In this document: positions 1 through 14,660 of the stretch, in pieces | How positions within the stretch are numbered: the first letter of the stretch is position 1 | Layout of the letters: each line of letters begins with the position of its first letter | Assembly (NCBI GenBank): GCA_964016885.1 | Contig: OZ024741.1 | Coordinates: forward strand, 56,668,001 to 56,732,000 | Length of the DNA stretch: 64,000 bases | From: Eledone cirrhosa | Lineage: Eukaryota | Direction: 5' to 3' | Made by a program: the position numbers and the translations under genes | The notes under the pieces: model-generated | What the model was told of the DNA's origin: nothing | The model's input: only the letters and a program-made list of their open reading frames with translations | Databases searched by the model: none

Positions 1-349
1 ATAACACCTGCAACTCTGATGGTATCCAATGATGTTGAATTGTTCTTCTTTTTGGTAAATATCATCTTGGTTAAGAGAGTGGGACTGGCTTTGTGCAGTG
101 CCTTTGCTCACTATAAAAGCTTCACGGCACAGGCATTGCTTTATATCTGGAGATCTCTCTGCACTTGTCATCACATGGTACCATGGGCCCAGCACTATGT
201 GTCAATAATTGTCACAGGTGTAGTGTTTGTACCAGATTTTTCAGGTCGCTGGCTGGACTAAAATGTCACACTCGTTCAGCGCATCGGTAGGGGTTCTCCT
301 ACATGGATATAAGGTAGTGGTCGTACTCGAAAACGAGTTGGCAGCCACC
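1..349 (+). mobile_element. 3' end of an RTE-like LINE (or RTE-tailed SINE) ending in a (TATG)n tail; runs off the window start
   Basis: Terminal motif GGTCGTACTCGAAAACGAGTTGGCAGCCACCAT resembles the 3' end of the RTE at 2114-2150. Near-identical copies at 3443-3897 and 4045-4496. Confidence 0.6.
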
Positions 350-392
350 ATGTATGTATGTATGTATGTATGTATGTATGTATGTATGTATG

Positions 393-423
<31 letters not shown>

Positions 424-566
424 CTATGTATATCTGTATGTTCATATGTACGTATGTATGTATGTATGAATGTGTGTGCATATGTGGGTGTGCATGTATG
501 TATGTTTGTATGCATGCATGAAGGTGTGTGTATTTATTTATGTATGTTTGTATGTATGTATGTATG

Positions 567-597
<31 letters not shown>

Positions 598-1005
598 GCA
601 TGTACATACGTATATATCTGTGTGCATGCGTGTGTGTGTGTATGCATATATGCATGTATGTATCTATATATGAAGAGATAGATGGATAGATGGATAAATG
701 GGTGTGGTGAAAGTGCATGTCTTAATTGTTCGGTGCGAGTTCGAAAAAAACCCTTTGTTTAACGGTGTTACAGTTTACTCAGTAATTTAAAGTGCCAGTC
801 ATTTCCCATAGTGTCACGCTGAATCTCCACGAGAACTACGTTAAGGGTACACGTGTCTGGAATGCTCAGGCACTTGCACGTTTTTTTCACGAGCAGTCAG
901 TTCCGTTGCTCGAATCGATTCATGTGTGCGCGTGTACATGCCTATGTGTGTGTATGTGTATGTATGCATGAAACATAATACATACATACATACATACGTA
1001 CATAA

Positions 1006-1036
<31 letters not shown>

Positions 1037-1074
1037 CATACACAAATATATATACATGCGCACGCACATACATA

Positions 1075-1329
1075 CATAAACAATTGTGCATCTAATAACT
1101 GCATGTACAGATACAAAACATATGCACATGCATACATATAACTCAAATCATACATGCCCACACATACAATAAGATCCATACCTGCACACACATGCATGCA
1201 TGCAGACATGCAGACATATCTACCTAGTTGATGTTGTCTAAATTCCAATGAAAGAGATTTGTGTCTATGTTAGAAACCAACTCTCTCTCTATTTGTAACA
1301 ATTTATAAAATTATGAAACCAGAAGAACA
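1075..1329 (+). mobile_element. 3' UTR fragment of R4/Dong-like RLE LINE
   Basis: Similar to 4840-5081; flanked by (TACA)n. Confidence 0.65.
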
Positions 1330-1365
1330 TACATACATACATACATGTATGTATGTATGTATGTG

Positions 1366-2150
1366 AGTGGTCACCTTGTCAGGATGAAGGATTCTAGAAT
1401 ACTAAAACAACTCTATTATGGAGAGTTAGTTAAAGGAAAACGACCGCCACATAAACCAAAAAAGAGATATAAGGATTCCTTGAAAGCCTCTTTGAAAGAC
1501 GCTAACATCTCTGTTGATACATGGGAGAATATTGCTGCTGATCGTAATAAATGGAGAAAGACTGTATATGAGGGAAAAGTTGCCTTTGAGGCATCTCGAA
1601 TCGCATACGAGAAAGTAAAGCGGGATGTGAGGAAGGGCATTGCTGTTGCACTTCCAGACGGCGAAGGTCCTCCTATGGTGCTGACATGCTGCGTCTGTGC
1701 GAGACTCTGCCTAAGCAAAGCTGGACTCGAAAGTCATCTTCGCAGTCATAAAGTAAGACCAGTGGTTGACTACCAGGCTGCTGTTGGAGATGCTACTCAT
1801 CATGCTTGCCAAACATGTGGTAGAGAATGTAAATCAGCAGGAGGGCTCAATCGACATGCAAAAGTATATGAACTCCAACCACAGCCGACTATTCCCAGTG
1901 AATGTTTTGGTTGCCGACTCTGTGCAAGACATTTTAGATCATTGGCTGGGCTAAAAAGCCATATTCGATCGCAGCGCAGTTAGTTGCTATCGTGTGTGTA
2001 TAGATATGTTTATGTGTGTGCGTGTGTGTGTATATATATATATGTATATTATTATTGTTGTTATTATTATTATTATTGTTATTATTGTGTTTTTTTCTTT
2101 TTTTTCTCGTGCAATGGTCATACTCGATAACGAGGGGGCAGCCATCATCA
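1366..2150 (+). mobile_element. 5'-truncated RTE-clade LINE (ORF C-terminus with three C2H2-type zinc fingers, 3' UTR, (TATG)n tail)
   Basis: GHLVRMKDSRILKQLYYGEL..KRPPHKPKKRYKDSLK..WENIAADRNKWR is a typical RTE C-terminus, followed by CxxC...HxxxH-type repeats (the middle one degenerate); stop at 1983. Confidence 0.85.
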
Positions 2151-2251
2151 TGTATGTATGTATATATGTATGTATCTGTGTATGTATGTATGTATGTATG
2201 TATGTATGTATGTATGTATGTATGTATGTATGTATGTATGTATGTATGTAT

Positions 2252-3022
2252 GTTCTGGTTTTATAATTTCACAAATTTTTGCCAATAGATAGAGAGTCGG
2301 TTTCTAACATAGACACAAGACTCTCTCATTAGAATTTACACAACATCAACTAGGTAGATATGTATGCATTTCTGCATGCATGCTTATGTAGATATGGATG
2401 TTATTGTATGTGTAGATGTGGATGTTTTGAGTTGTGTGTGTGTATGTGTATATGCTTAGTATCTGTACATGTGTATATGCAGTTAGTAGATGAAACATTT
2501 TTGGAATGTTTTACATATTTTTACTGTTACATTAATGGATTGTACTTGTAATTTCCTAACTAGTTGTGTTCTTTCTGTTCCTGTGAAGCCTAGCTTCTCA
2601 AGATTTGTATTGAGGCAGTTACTAACATATCCCAGTGCCCCAATAATCACAGGCATAAATCTGAAGGTGTAATCAGGGTGGAGTATCTGCAGATTTCTCA
2701 TGAGTTCTGCATAGATATTCTCCTTTTCACTAATCTTTGATATTATATTGGCATCTGCTGGGCAGCTAATTTCCACTACTGTGCATGTTTTCTTCTACCT
2801 GTCCCATATCATTATATCTGGTCTGTTATGCCTGCATTTTATTGGGGTTTTTACTGGAACATTCTACCAGTACTCTTTCATATTATGTACATGGATGTCT
2901 TCCACATTGTTGTAGCTTTTAATGTGTTTATTATCGGGGCTATCTTTTCTGCGGATTGCATTGTACAGTGTTTTGGCCACTACATCATGCCTCATAGGTA
3001 GATAGTACCGCGATGACATCTT
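2252..3022 (-). mobile_element. 5'-truncated R4/Dong-like LINE with restriction-like endonuclease (pseudogenised)
   Basis: YLPMRHDVVAK..HNRPDIMIWD..VEISCP..K..Y..L..PVIIGALG is an RLE (PD-D/ExK) signature; internal stops; flanked by (TATG)n. Confidence 0.8.
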
Positions 3023-3442
3023 TGGATGTATGTATGTATGCATGTATGTATGTTCTTCAGTATGTATGGTCCCGTAACTCCTGAGGGAGTCGTTAGGACG
3101 CCATATTGACATACGGCGTTTCTTGGACATTTTAAGCATGGTGGGACCCATCCCTCGCCAGGCTTGAGTACAGCACATTTTTTTCCAGAGAAAGATATAA
3201 AAAGAGAGAGAGAGAAAGAAAATGAGAAAGAGTTATAGAAAAAGAATCGACCCCAGTATCAGAATGGTACTTTTTTATCGACCACGAAAGGATGAAAGGC
3301 AAAGTGGACCTCTGCGGGATTTGAACTCAGAGAGCAGAGTGCCGGTACGAATACCACAAAGCATTCTTATCCGATGTTCTAACGACCAATTCGCAGCCTA
3401 CATACATGCATACATACATACATAGATACATACATACATACA

Positions 3443-3897
3443 TGGTGGCTGCCAACTCGTTTTCGAGTACGGCCACTACTTTATATCCATGTAGGAGAAC
3501 CCCTACCGATGCGCTGAACGCGTGTGACTTTTTAGTCCAGCCAGCGACTTGAAAACTCTGGTACAAACACTACACTTGTGACAATTACTGACACATAGTG
3601 CTGGGCCCATGGTACCATGTGACGACAAGTGCAGAGAGATCTCCAGATATAAAGCAATGCCTGTGCCGTGAAGCTTTTATAGTGAGCAAAGGCACTGCAC
3701 AAAGCCAGTCCCACTCTCTTAACCAAGATGATATTTACCAAAAAGAAGAACAAGTCAACATCATTGGATACCATCAGGGTTGCAGGTGTTATATCAGAGT
3801 TTTCCTTCTCCTAGAATTCTGCCTTGACAAAGGCTAAGGGGTCATCTCTCCCGGTGATTTTGGATGGCCATTGACTCTTAAGAGCTCCTTTGCCCTT
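3443..3897 (-). mobile_element. RTE-like 3' end, copy 2
   Basis: Reverse complement of the 1-349 family, with microsatellite tail. Confidence 0.6.
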
Positions 3898-4044
3898 TAT
3901 ACATATATATATATATACATACATATATATATACATACATACATATATATATACATACATACATATATACATACATACATACATATATACATATATATAT
4001 ATATACATATATATACATATATATATATATACATATATATATAT

Positions 4045-4496
4045 ATGGTGGCTGCCAACTCGTTTTCGAGTACGGCCACTGCTTTATATCCATGTAGGAG
4101 AACCCCTACCGATGCGCTGAACGAATGTGACTTTTTAGTCCAGCCAGCGACTTGAAAACTCTGGTACAAAGACTACACTTGTGACCATTATTGACACATA
4201 GTGCATCATATTGACCATGTGATGACAAGTGCAGAGAGATCTCCAGATATAAAGCAATGCCTGTGCTGTGAAGCTTTTATAGTGAGCAAAGGCACTGCAC
4301 AAAGCCAGTCCCACTCTCTTAACCAAGATGATATTTACCAAAAAGAAGAACAAGTCAACATCATTGGATACCATCAGGGTTGCAGGTGTTATATCAGAGT
4401 TTTCCTTCTCCTAGAATTCTGCCTTGACAAAGGCTAAGGGGTCATCTCTCCCGGTGATTTTGGATGGCTATTGAGTCTTAAGAGCTCCCTTGCCCT
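4045..4496 (-). mobile_element. RTE-like 3' end, copy 3 (tandem with copy 2)
   Basis: Near-identical to 3443-3897, including the same 5' truncation point. Confidence 0.6.
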
Positions 4497-4555
4497 TTGA
4501 ACATACATACATACATACATACATACATACATACATACATACATACATACATACA

Positions 4556-4584
<29 letters not shown>

Positions 4585-4586
<2 letters not shown>

Positions 4587-5081
4587 GCCAATATAATATC
4601 AAAGATTAGTGAAATGGAGAATATTTATGCAGAACTGATGAGAAATCTGCAGATACACTACCCTGATTACACCTTCAGATTTATGCCTGTGATTATTGGG
4701 GCACTGGGATATGTTAGTAACTGCCTCAATACAAATCTTGAGAAGCTAGACTTCACAGGAACAGAAAGAACACAACTAGTTAGGAAATTACAAGTACAAT
4801 CCATTAATGGAACAGTAAAAATATGTAAAACATTCCAAAAATTTTGCATCTAATAACTGCATATACACATGTACAGATACAAAGCATATACACATGCACA
4901 CATACAACTCAAAACATACACATCCACACATACAATAACATCCATATCTACACATGCATGCATACATACATATCTACCTAGTTGATGTTGTGAAAATTCC
5001 AATGAGAGAGTCTTGTGTCTATGTTAGAAACCGACTCTCTCTCTATTGGTAAAACTTTGTGAAATTATAAGACCAGAAGAA
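4585..5081 (+). mobile_element. 5'-truncated R4/Dong-like RLE LINE
   Basis: [32 protein letters not shown]; near-identical to 2252-2755; embedded in (TACA)n on both sides. Confidence 0.8.
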
Positions 5082-5797
5082 CATACATACATACATACAT
5101 ACATACATACATACATACATACATACATACATAGAGACAGACGGACAGACAAAAAGAAAAACAAACGAAGGTCCAAAACACATATAATATACGACGATCT
5201 TTGACACAGTTCACGTCAACCCAAAGCCATAGTAGGAGACTGGTACTTCCTTTATCGACCTTGAAAGGAAGGGAGGCAAAATTGACCTTGGCGGGATTTG
5301 AAATCAGAGCGCAGAGAGCCAGAAGGAATACCACAAGGTATTCTATCCGACGTTTTAATGACTGCTACATACGCCGCCTTAATTTAATGATGTGATAGGT
5401 AAATAATTGATTATGCACAGAATAGATAAACATTTCAACATATCACTTAGTGAATCAATTACGTTAATGTCCTCTTTTTTTGGGGGGGGGGGGGGGGCAA
5501 ATTATTCTCTTCTTTTACTCATTTACTGGGTTCAGTGATTAGATTGCGTCCATGCCGGAACATTACCATGCGGAGTGCCGTGGGGTTGGGGTAATCGATC
5601 ATAACGGCCCCAGTCTTTATTTTTTTCAAGCCTGGTACTTTATAGTTCTCATAAACGAGAACACACGCGAACAGGGACACATATGGACACATTCGCTGAC
5701 ACGCACACATATTGTTCAGAGTTAAGTCAACACTAAGCTCAACGAACAACTAGCTCAGTTTGCTCTATCAGAGCTATGTCGTAAGAAAGTGAATAAG

Positions 5798-5840
<43 letters not shown>

Positions 5841-5859
5841 CACACACATACACAATATA

Positions 5860-5956
5860 CAGAATGTCCCCCCAAAATGTATATACACTTTGATTACCTG
5901 TACAGGTAATATTTATTAGAATGCTGTTGAAGTGTGTATACATTTTTTGGGACAGC

Positions 5957-5959
<3 letters not shown>
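5860..5959. mobile_element. Tc1/mariner-type MITE
   Basis: Imperfect ~30-bp TIRs (CAGAATGTCCCCCAAAATGTATATACACTT / AAGTGTGTATACATTTTTTGGGACAGCCTG) with TA on both flanks. Confidence 0.65.
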
Positions 5960-6007
<48 letters not shown>

Positions 6008-6292
6008 ATTATATTTATATGTATATATATATATACATATGTATATATATATATATATATACATTAAGGTAATTGATTCACGAAGTGATTGATATGTGCG
6101 CAAATGTCTTTTATATATATATATGAGTGTGTGTGTGTGTTTGTGTGTGTACGTACGATGTAACTTAAAGAGCACATTCATGTGTAGTAGTATATAATAT
6201 ATATATTTATGTATGTATATATATGTATGTATGTATGTATGTATTTATGTATGTATATATGTATGTAAATATATGTATATATGCATGTATGC

Positions 6293-6369
<77 letters not shown>

Positions 6370-6370
<1 letters not shown>

Positions 6371-6920
6371 TAGCAGAGGTACCCGGCGTTGCTCGGGTAT
6401 TAAATAGCAGTTATGTATACCATTTATGTCAATACTTCAGCGCTGCTTCGAAAACTATACTTTTATCGGCTTTTTCCAAAAGGGCGTTCCTGCCCCCAGG
6501 GGTCCCCTACTCAATATGTGCCAATTCTGAGAGTTCACATTCATCTGTAGGACAAACGTAGCCCATGTGTCAAGTTTTGTGAAAATCGGTTGCGAACTCC
6601 AGAAGTTATGACGTTTTGTTGCATTGCACTGCAGTTCTTCAGTCGACTCCAAGGAAATGGTTAAAGGGGGTTATCTGCCGGGAGGCCCTATAATCAATAT
6701 CTGTAAAAATGAAAGTGCCCATGACCATCCGGAGTACATAAGTAACCTATGTCTTAAGTTTGGTGAAAATACTGTAGAAATGCATAAGGTTTATACATAC
6801 GCGCCTGCATTTCTTTGTGGAAATTTTCGCTGCATTCCACCAAGCCATCTCGACGTTTATCCGACTACACCTACTTACTTAAATATACAACATCCGACCA
6901 CTTCCAATTTATATAGTAGA
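6370..6920 (-). mobile_element. Non-autonomous Helitron
   Basis: Minus strand begins TCTACTATATAAA and ends with hairpin CCCGAGCAACGCCGGG then CTAG, inserted between A and T. Related copy at 56495-57554. Confidence 0.75.
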
Positions 6921-6932
6921 TATATATAAATA

Positions 6933-6977
<45 letters not shown>

Positions 6978-7008
6978 GTATTTGTGTATGTATATATGTA
7001 TGTGTGTA

Positions 7009-7082
<74 letters not shown>

Positions 7083-7498
7083 ACATTTACACATATCAAT
7101 CTCAGTTCATGAATCAATTACGTTAATGTTTATTTCTGCGACTAATTTTTCTTTCGTTTGTTTGTTGTTTGTTGTTCCTTTCTGTAAGAAAAAAAATGTG
7201 TTTTTGTTTTTGTTTTTGTTTTCATGGCAAGGTAAAAAGAAATCGATAGTCAATCATTAAAATCGAATCTTGGTAAGATTATTTGTGGAAATTACATGTA
7301 AGCTGTATTATATGTCGATGATGTTTATATGCCACACATTTATCGAAATGTTTGACTGGTTATCAGTTTTTAATCAAGCTAGATTAAATAACACGTCATT
7401 GCCACTTCCTGTGTGAGGAACAACATTACAAGTGGCAACTTCGCATAAAACATACGTTACATTTATCCATTTATCAATATTCTTGTTACGTGCATCTC

Positions 7499-7563
<65 letters not shown>

Positions 7564-7594
7564 TACATATATATATATATATATATACATACAC

Positions 7595-7698
<104 letters not shown>

Positions 7699-8416
7699 TC
7701 TTACATACATAGGTTTAGTGCACATTCATACCTGCGTACAAGCATACTTTTGTACATGTAGAGATATTCCTAGACATAAACATACACATCAATACACACA
7801 ATCACGTGTAATGTGTTCGATATGATCATCTAAATTCCTTAAACACTTTGTGCCAGCATGGCCGCCGCAGTCTAATGAGAGAAACCAGTTAAAGTGTGTA
7901 ACATTTTAAAAGACATTACCGTAATTGATTCCCCAAGTAATATGTTGAAGATCTTATCCTTGTATTTAATCTTTAAGATCAGTAATTGATATATTTTGTT
8001 CCTCGCCTATTAGATATGTCTAATATCATCGCAACAACTCTACATAAAATAAAAACGAAACCATGAAAAGTCAGATAGCATAATTTGATACCATCATCGA
8101 TTAAAGATATTGCCCTCTCATAATATTTTTTTTGTATTTCACATACATAGACGCATGTGGTTTCGAGTTTGGTAGTCCAGCAGTAGGATATCTTAAAGTC
8201 GGCCAAGTATCTTCTTCTGTAGACTTGGGCTGAGTCAAATTTGCAATGGAATGAGGTGGGGGCATTTTGGGGAGGATTTATTGCTATTTCTAGCACCCAG
8301 ATACTGTCTATTTGTCCATCCTGCTATCTATAGAGAGAGAGTGAAACACCACTCCAGCTCTCACTCATTCTACCTCCCCTCTCTCTCTAACTAACTAAAA
8401 CGTAATGTGTATATTG

Positions 8417-8603
<187 letters not shown>

Positions 8604-9039
8604 CGTGTGTGTGTGTATACGTGTGTTTGTTTCTGTTTGCCCAACACCGCAACTCAGATTTAAAAAGAAGACTTTCACTATAATGGCAGGTGATTATCGT
8701 TGTTGTTATTGTTATTATTTTGATTCACTAACAACTTCTTTTTCCGAAAACGGAAGCAGTGAAGGAGAGTGGACCCTTGGAGTTACAGATATTTAAATTT
8801 ATAGAAAAACGCCCGCTGGGGATCACGAAGAATTTTTTTTCATATTTTATTATAAATTTTTTTTTCATGTTTTTTTCAACTATATTGACTTCCGACATAC
8901 TCGCAATCACCTTCTTTTTCGAATGGTAGGGGTGATCTCCGGATTTTCCCAGCCTCAGAGATTTCTTCAGTGAGAATAATAGAATTTGGAAGTTACAGAC
9001 ACCTCTCAGCCTTTTAAATTCATAGAAAAGCAATCCCTT

Positions 9040-9660
9040 GATACTGAAGGATGTTTTGCTCCTCCATCACTTTCTACTATTGCGGAAAGCGTTGTAAACT
9101 TAATCAATAAAGTGTTTCCCAATCTCGAAACGCACCATTCCAATGAGGAGTGGCTCTGTGAAACAGCGACCCTTGCCCTAAAAAAACATCAGTGAAGGCC
9201 ATCAACAAAAATCTCCCATAAATCATCCCTAGAGGTAGCCAGACCTATAAATCTATCGACAAAGTTGTCGACGAGAACGAAGCTGTTCATTATCCCGTTG
9301 AATTCCTCAACAGTCTGGGTCCATCCTGTATCCTGCCACACAACCTGGAATTGGGGAAGGGCACAGTCATACTCCTCAGAAACCTGGATCAGTCGTGATT
9401 GCGCAATGAGACGCTTATGGTTGTGACTGAGCTACAGCCTCACATTATCGAAGCCAAAATCTTCACTAGATGTGGTAAGGGACACATTTATACCTAGAAT
9501 ACCGCTAATACCAACATATGTCCCTTTTCGAAGCGATATAATTCCGCAATGACCATTAACACAAGTCCCAAGGCCAAACGCTGCAGGTTGTCTGTTTCCT
9601 TCTAAAAGGGGGCTGTTTCTCACATAGTCAATTGTATGTAGGTTATTCCAGTGTATGAAA
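9040..9660 (+). pseudogene. Helitron PIF1-like helicase C-terminal remnant
   Basis: Frameshifted motifs YKSIDKV..YPVEFLNSL..PHNLEL..ILLRNLD, IPRIPLIP, AMTINxSQGQTL, FSHxQLYV. Confidence 0.8.
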
Positions 9661-9923
9661 GCCCTGAAATTCTGTAAATGCTATATAATTTTCGTAGAAT
9701 ATATTTGTCTGTTATTTTCTTTCTTACTTTCTGTATTTAGATATTTTAGTTAAATATTTTAAATGATGTTATGCAATATTCATATACCACTTAACATCTT
9801 TTATTTAAAGGAAAATAGGCTTTACGATAGATACCAATAGATGCTGTATGTACAGATTTGTCCACAGTACAGACCGAGGCAAAAGAGCAAAAGTCGTGAA
9901 GCCGATAGTATATATATATATAC

Positions 9924-10518
<595 letters not shown>

Positions 10519-10706
10519 GAGATTCATAGAAAATGGAGGAAACTCAAACGCAGAAACTCAACTGTAAATACAGTTGGTTGCTATAAGGAGCTTAGAAAAT
10601 TGAACTTCATAATTCCTCAGCGTTTTGAAAGCCGAAATTTGCATGCGATGTTATATATATATGTATATAATCGTGATTTTAGCGTCCGTTTACCCCTCAA
10701 TGAGTT

Positions 10707-11880
10707 ACGGGGGGGGGGGGGGTGACAAGTTCATATGCTGGCTATGAAGGAGTGATATTAGACTATAAAATCTACCATGCTTTAATTCCAACTCTTCTTA
10801 TGAATAACTGCATTGTTTCTGGTCAGTTAAACTGACATCTGACTGTTCAAAGAAAACTTCAAAAGTAACTAGCAGCAATTACTTTTTAAAATGGATAAAA
10901 TTTGGCATCATGGTGTTATCAAGTAACTGCAGAAAAAGGGTTAAGCCCCCAAGGGCGTTCATGCTGACATGGTTGCTACATTTGGGAATGACACTCCAGC
11001 TTTATCAACAGTGAAAAAGTGAGCAGCTGAATTTAGGAGGGGAAGGAAGAGTCTTGAAGATGACCCAAGGTCAGGACATCCTGTAACTGCTACCACCTAG
11101 GAAAATATTAATCATGTTCACCACATGGTGAGAATATTCTGCACATGGTTGAGAATATTCTGCACAATTAACATGGCATGATGAAGGTTTCTACTCGGTG
11201 GGTGCCACGTCTTCTGACATGATCAAATGCGCACCAGGCTGATCACATCACGGGAAATCTGACATTGTTTGAGGCAAATCCAGCTGGTTTCCTTGGAATT
11301 TCCTCACCCAGGATGAGTGTTGGGTTCGACACTTTGAGCCAGAGACAAAAAGCAGTGGAAACACTCCTCCTCACCTGCTCCAAAGAAGGCTATAAAAGAC
11401 ATTGTGTTTATTGACTATCTTCAAAAGGGTCACACCATTAATGGAGAGTACTATACCAACTTGCTGAGGCAGTTATGAAAGGCTATCAAGAAGAAACGCT
11501 CAGGAAAACTCAAGAACGGGGTCTTGTTTCATCAGGACAATGCTCCAGCATACAAGTCCTTGGTTTCAATGGCTGCTGTGCGTGACTGTGGCTTTGAACT
11601 GGTTGATTACCCTCCCTATCTCCTGATTTGGCTCTACCTGACTATCATCTCTTCTCCAACATGAAAAATACTTGGCTGGGAACCAGTATCGTAGTGATGA
11701 TGACGTCATATCTGCTCTTGACTTTTTTACCAGTAGGATGAAAGCTTCTTCACCAATGTGATCCAATCATAGCAACACTGGTGGAAGAAGTGTGTGGCCC
11801 ACAAGAGGGATTATGTTGAAAAATAAACCTCATTTGGTCACATTCCATTTGGTCGGCCTATGAAGTTTTCAGTCAACCCT
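10707..11880 (+). mobile_element. Decayed mariner DNA transposon (transposase pseudogene ~10891-11826)
   Basis: SLEDDPRSGHP, WVPRLLT, TQDECW, HQDNAPA and YSPDL-like motifs with stops and frameshifts; degenerate TIRs near 10707-10742 and 11851-11880. Confidence 0.9.
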
Positions 11881-13930
11881 TTAAGTACCAGACTTTAAAA
11901 AATTAGGTGCTGGGATCGATATTATCGACTAAATTCTCTCAATACGGTGCCCCAGTATAGCCGCAATCTAATGGCTGAAACTAGTAAAAGAGTATAAAAG
12001 AGTGGAAAAGTAATTGTGTATGTCTGATATCATCACACCATATCTACGTAAGGTGAAGTGTAGCCATAACTTCAGATAACACAGATTGATATCAACCACG
12101 ATTTATGTTTCATATCGCTCTCTCGACATTAAATAAAGAAAATAAATATATGAATAAATAAATAAAGAAAGAAATCATTGCTTTTTTTTTATATTTCACA
12201 TTCATAAGCGTTTCTGGATGTATTGAAAATAATTCATTATAAAAGTGTACGGAATGTGAAAAATAGTAATGTAATGTGTTTAGTACATTTTAGTAACATT
12301 TTTACCTCGATTTACTCACTTCGTATGGCTGGCTGATTGTTATGAGAGACGTGATATTATGTTACTAACGTTAATATACGCACCCCTACATATGCCATTA
12401 TGTATATATACCATTAATATCACAATATAGTTTTATAGAAAACAGCACAGTTAGAAAAAGATAAGGTGAGATTTGTTAATTAAAATGTTATCTTCTAACA
12501 AAAAGTAACTTTTACTAAAATGTTCCTGGATGTAACAAAAACAACGAAAAAGATCGTGTAAATATCCAATCTTCCCAGCCCAAACTAGCTATATTTAAAG
12601 ATTGTATTCTCTTGAATAGAGGACAATAAAAAATAACCATTTGTGATAAGCTTCCTGATTAAAAAAATTCCGTGAAAATTTATAAAAATGTTTGAAGTCG
12701 AAACTGAATGATGAATAAGCACAATGACTTTGACTTGACTGTATCAAACTTAAAAAGGAAGCTTAGCTTCTTTATTCGGGATTTTATTCGCGTTGTATCA
12801 ATTTAAAAACAGTTCACTGATGTTTTATCTACGCACCATTTCACAGATTTAGCCTTACTTTTTTAAAAATCAATTTTCAAATATTTCTTTTACATCTTAA
12901 AAAAGAGAACAACAAAAAACTCTCGTAAATTTCAAAAATAAGCGCCATGTTTAATCTTAAAATGTTTTACACGAGATGGCATGTTTTGAAAATGTTTAGA
13001 GAGGAATAATACATTTGAAGATCTTTGGAAAGAACAATGTTATTTGAAGATCTGCTTCATAAAGGAAAAAGAAATATTTAGCAACACTATTGATTATTTT
13101 TATTATTATTTTTATTATTATTTTCTCTTCAATTTAGCAATAACATCATATCGGTTTTGTTCTCATTAAAAAAGAGTTTTAAAAATTTTAACGAAATTTC
13201 AAAGAAATTATGTAATTCATTAAATAAATTTCATTTAATGTAATAATTTTTTGATATCTATGTTTCTAAACTGTTATCCATTCGTTTGGCAGCAGCAGTC
13301 GATTTTATTTGTATATTTCAATTTAAATATCAATTGAATACCGACATATCATAAGGAATTAGTTGTGACGTAAAAACAATGATGTGTAACGTAATATTGG
13401 AAACCAAATCAAAATATATTAGCGTAAAGGCTGGATATTACAATAACCTTTAACAAATGGATCTGTGTATTTACTATATAATATATAACATGATATTTCG
13501 TTAAATCATATTAGCAAACAATAAAATTCAATAAAAAACATAGTTAGAAGGATCATTGTTAATATATTTAGGAGAAACACTGGAAGCCATGAACATTGAC
13601 ATAAAATCTTGGGATCAGCTATCTCAGATCAGGCCCCAATGGTACATCGACATTCATAGTTATCATCTTACACCCGTTTTTACATGTTTGCAATGGTTAG
13701 AGGAAGCCCAAAGCTTATCCCCACCGCGAGTTTGCGTCTCGGTGGCGCCATTTATCTCTGCAGTATTCTACTGCATCCGGTATGTGGGCTCACACACACA
13801 TGCACACACATGCACACACATGCACACACGCACACACGCACACACATACACACACATACACACGCACGCACACACACACACACACACACGCACGCACGCA
13901 CGCGCACACACACACACACGCACGCGCGCG

Positions 13931-14046
<116 letters not shown>

Positions 14047-14048
14047 AA

Positions 14049-14620
14049 TAACGATAAATTAACGGAGAAGGAATCCCGAGCTCTTATAAAGAGCTCGGGA
14101 TTCCTTCTCCTTTGAGCACATTACTGACAGGGAATAGCGAGAGTCTTTGGCTCCGTTAATTTATCGTGATATTTCGCTCCTTATAACAGTCTTTCCTCTC
14201 TCTCTGTTTGGTTGAGCACACTTCTCTGAATGGTTTGGGCTGCCCTTTCTAGCAGCTCGTCCCTCAGAGGCCACTTGTTACTGCTCTAGGCACGCTGTGA
14301 ATTCTCTCTCCCACGTGTGGCTGGACGGTCGCTTTAGATTCTCTTAGAGTTGTCTGAAATGTATAGCCTTACACACGCTGATGAACCATGGGCTAATCAT
14401 TTCTGTCAACAACTTATTTGGCGAAACAGATCTTTTTGGATTTGTACGTGTGTGTTAGATAGTTATAGAGGTATGTATTTACACTTTAATTTATACTTTT
14501 AATTATTGTGTGTCTACTCTGCCTTCCATGGGCTATATATTCCATACACTGGTGGTTTTTCTTGTTTGATTGATGGCGCACTATCTCTCTCTCTCTCTCT
14601 GGTGTGTTATCTTTTCAACA
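14049..14620 (+). mobile_element. PLE pLTR-like element with 5' fold-back and HHR
   Basis: Hairpin 14064-14110 plus inverted 14051-14067/14151-14167; HHR downstream; (TA)n flanks. Related fragment at 63055-63122. Confidence 0.65.
14371..14453 (+). ncRNA. Type I hammerhead ribozyme fold
   Basis: Stem I ACACACG/CGTGTGT, CTGATGA, stem II CCA..TGG, GAAA, stem III CAGATC/GATTTG, GUA site. Confidence 0.8.
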
Positions 14621-14621
14621 T

Positions 14622-14657
<36 letters not shown>

Positions 14658-14660
<3 letters not shown>

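Noticed and set aside
1345-1983. Host C2H2 zinc-finger gene
   Set aside because: The fingers are in frame with an RTE ORF C-terminus and followed by a LINE tail.
12400-13500. AT-rich stretch possibly from a decayed DNA transposase
   Set aside because: No motif I can identify with confidence; needs tblastx or HMM search.
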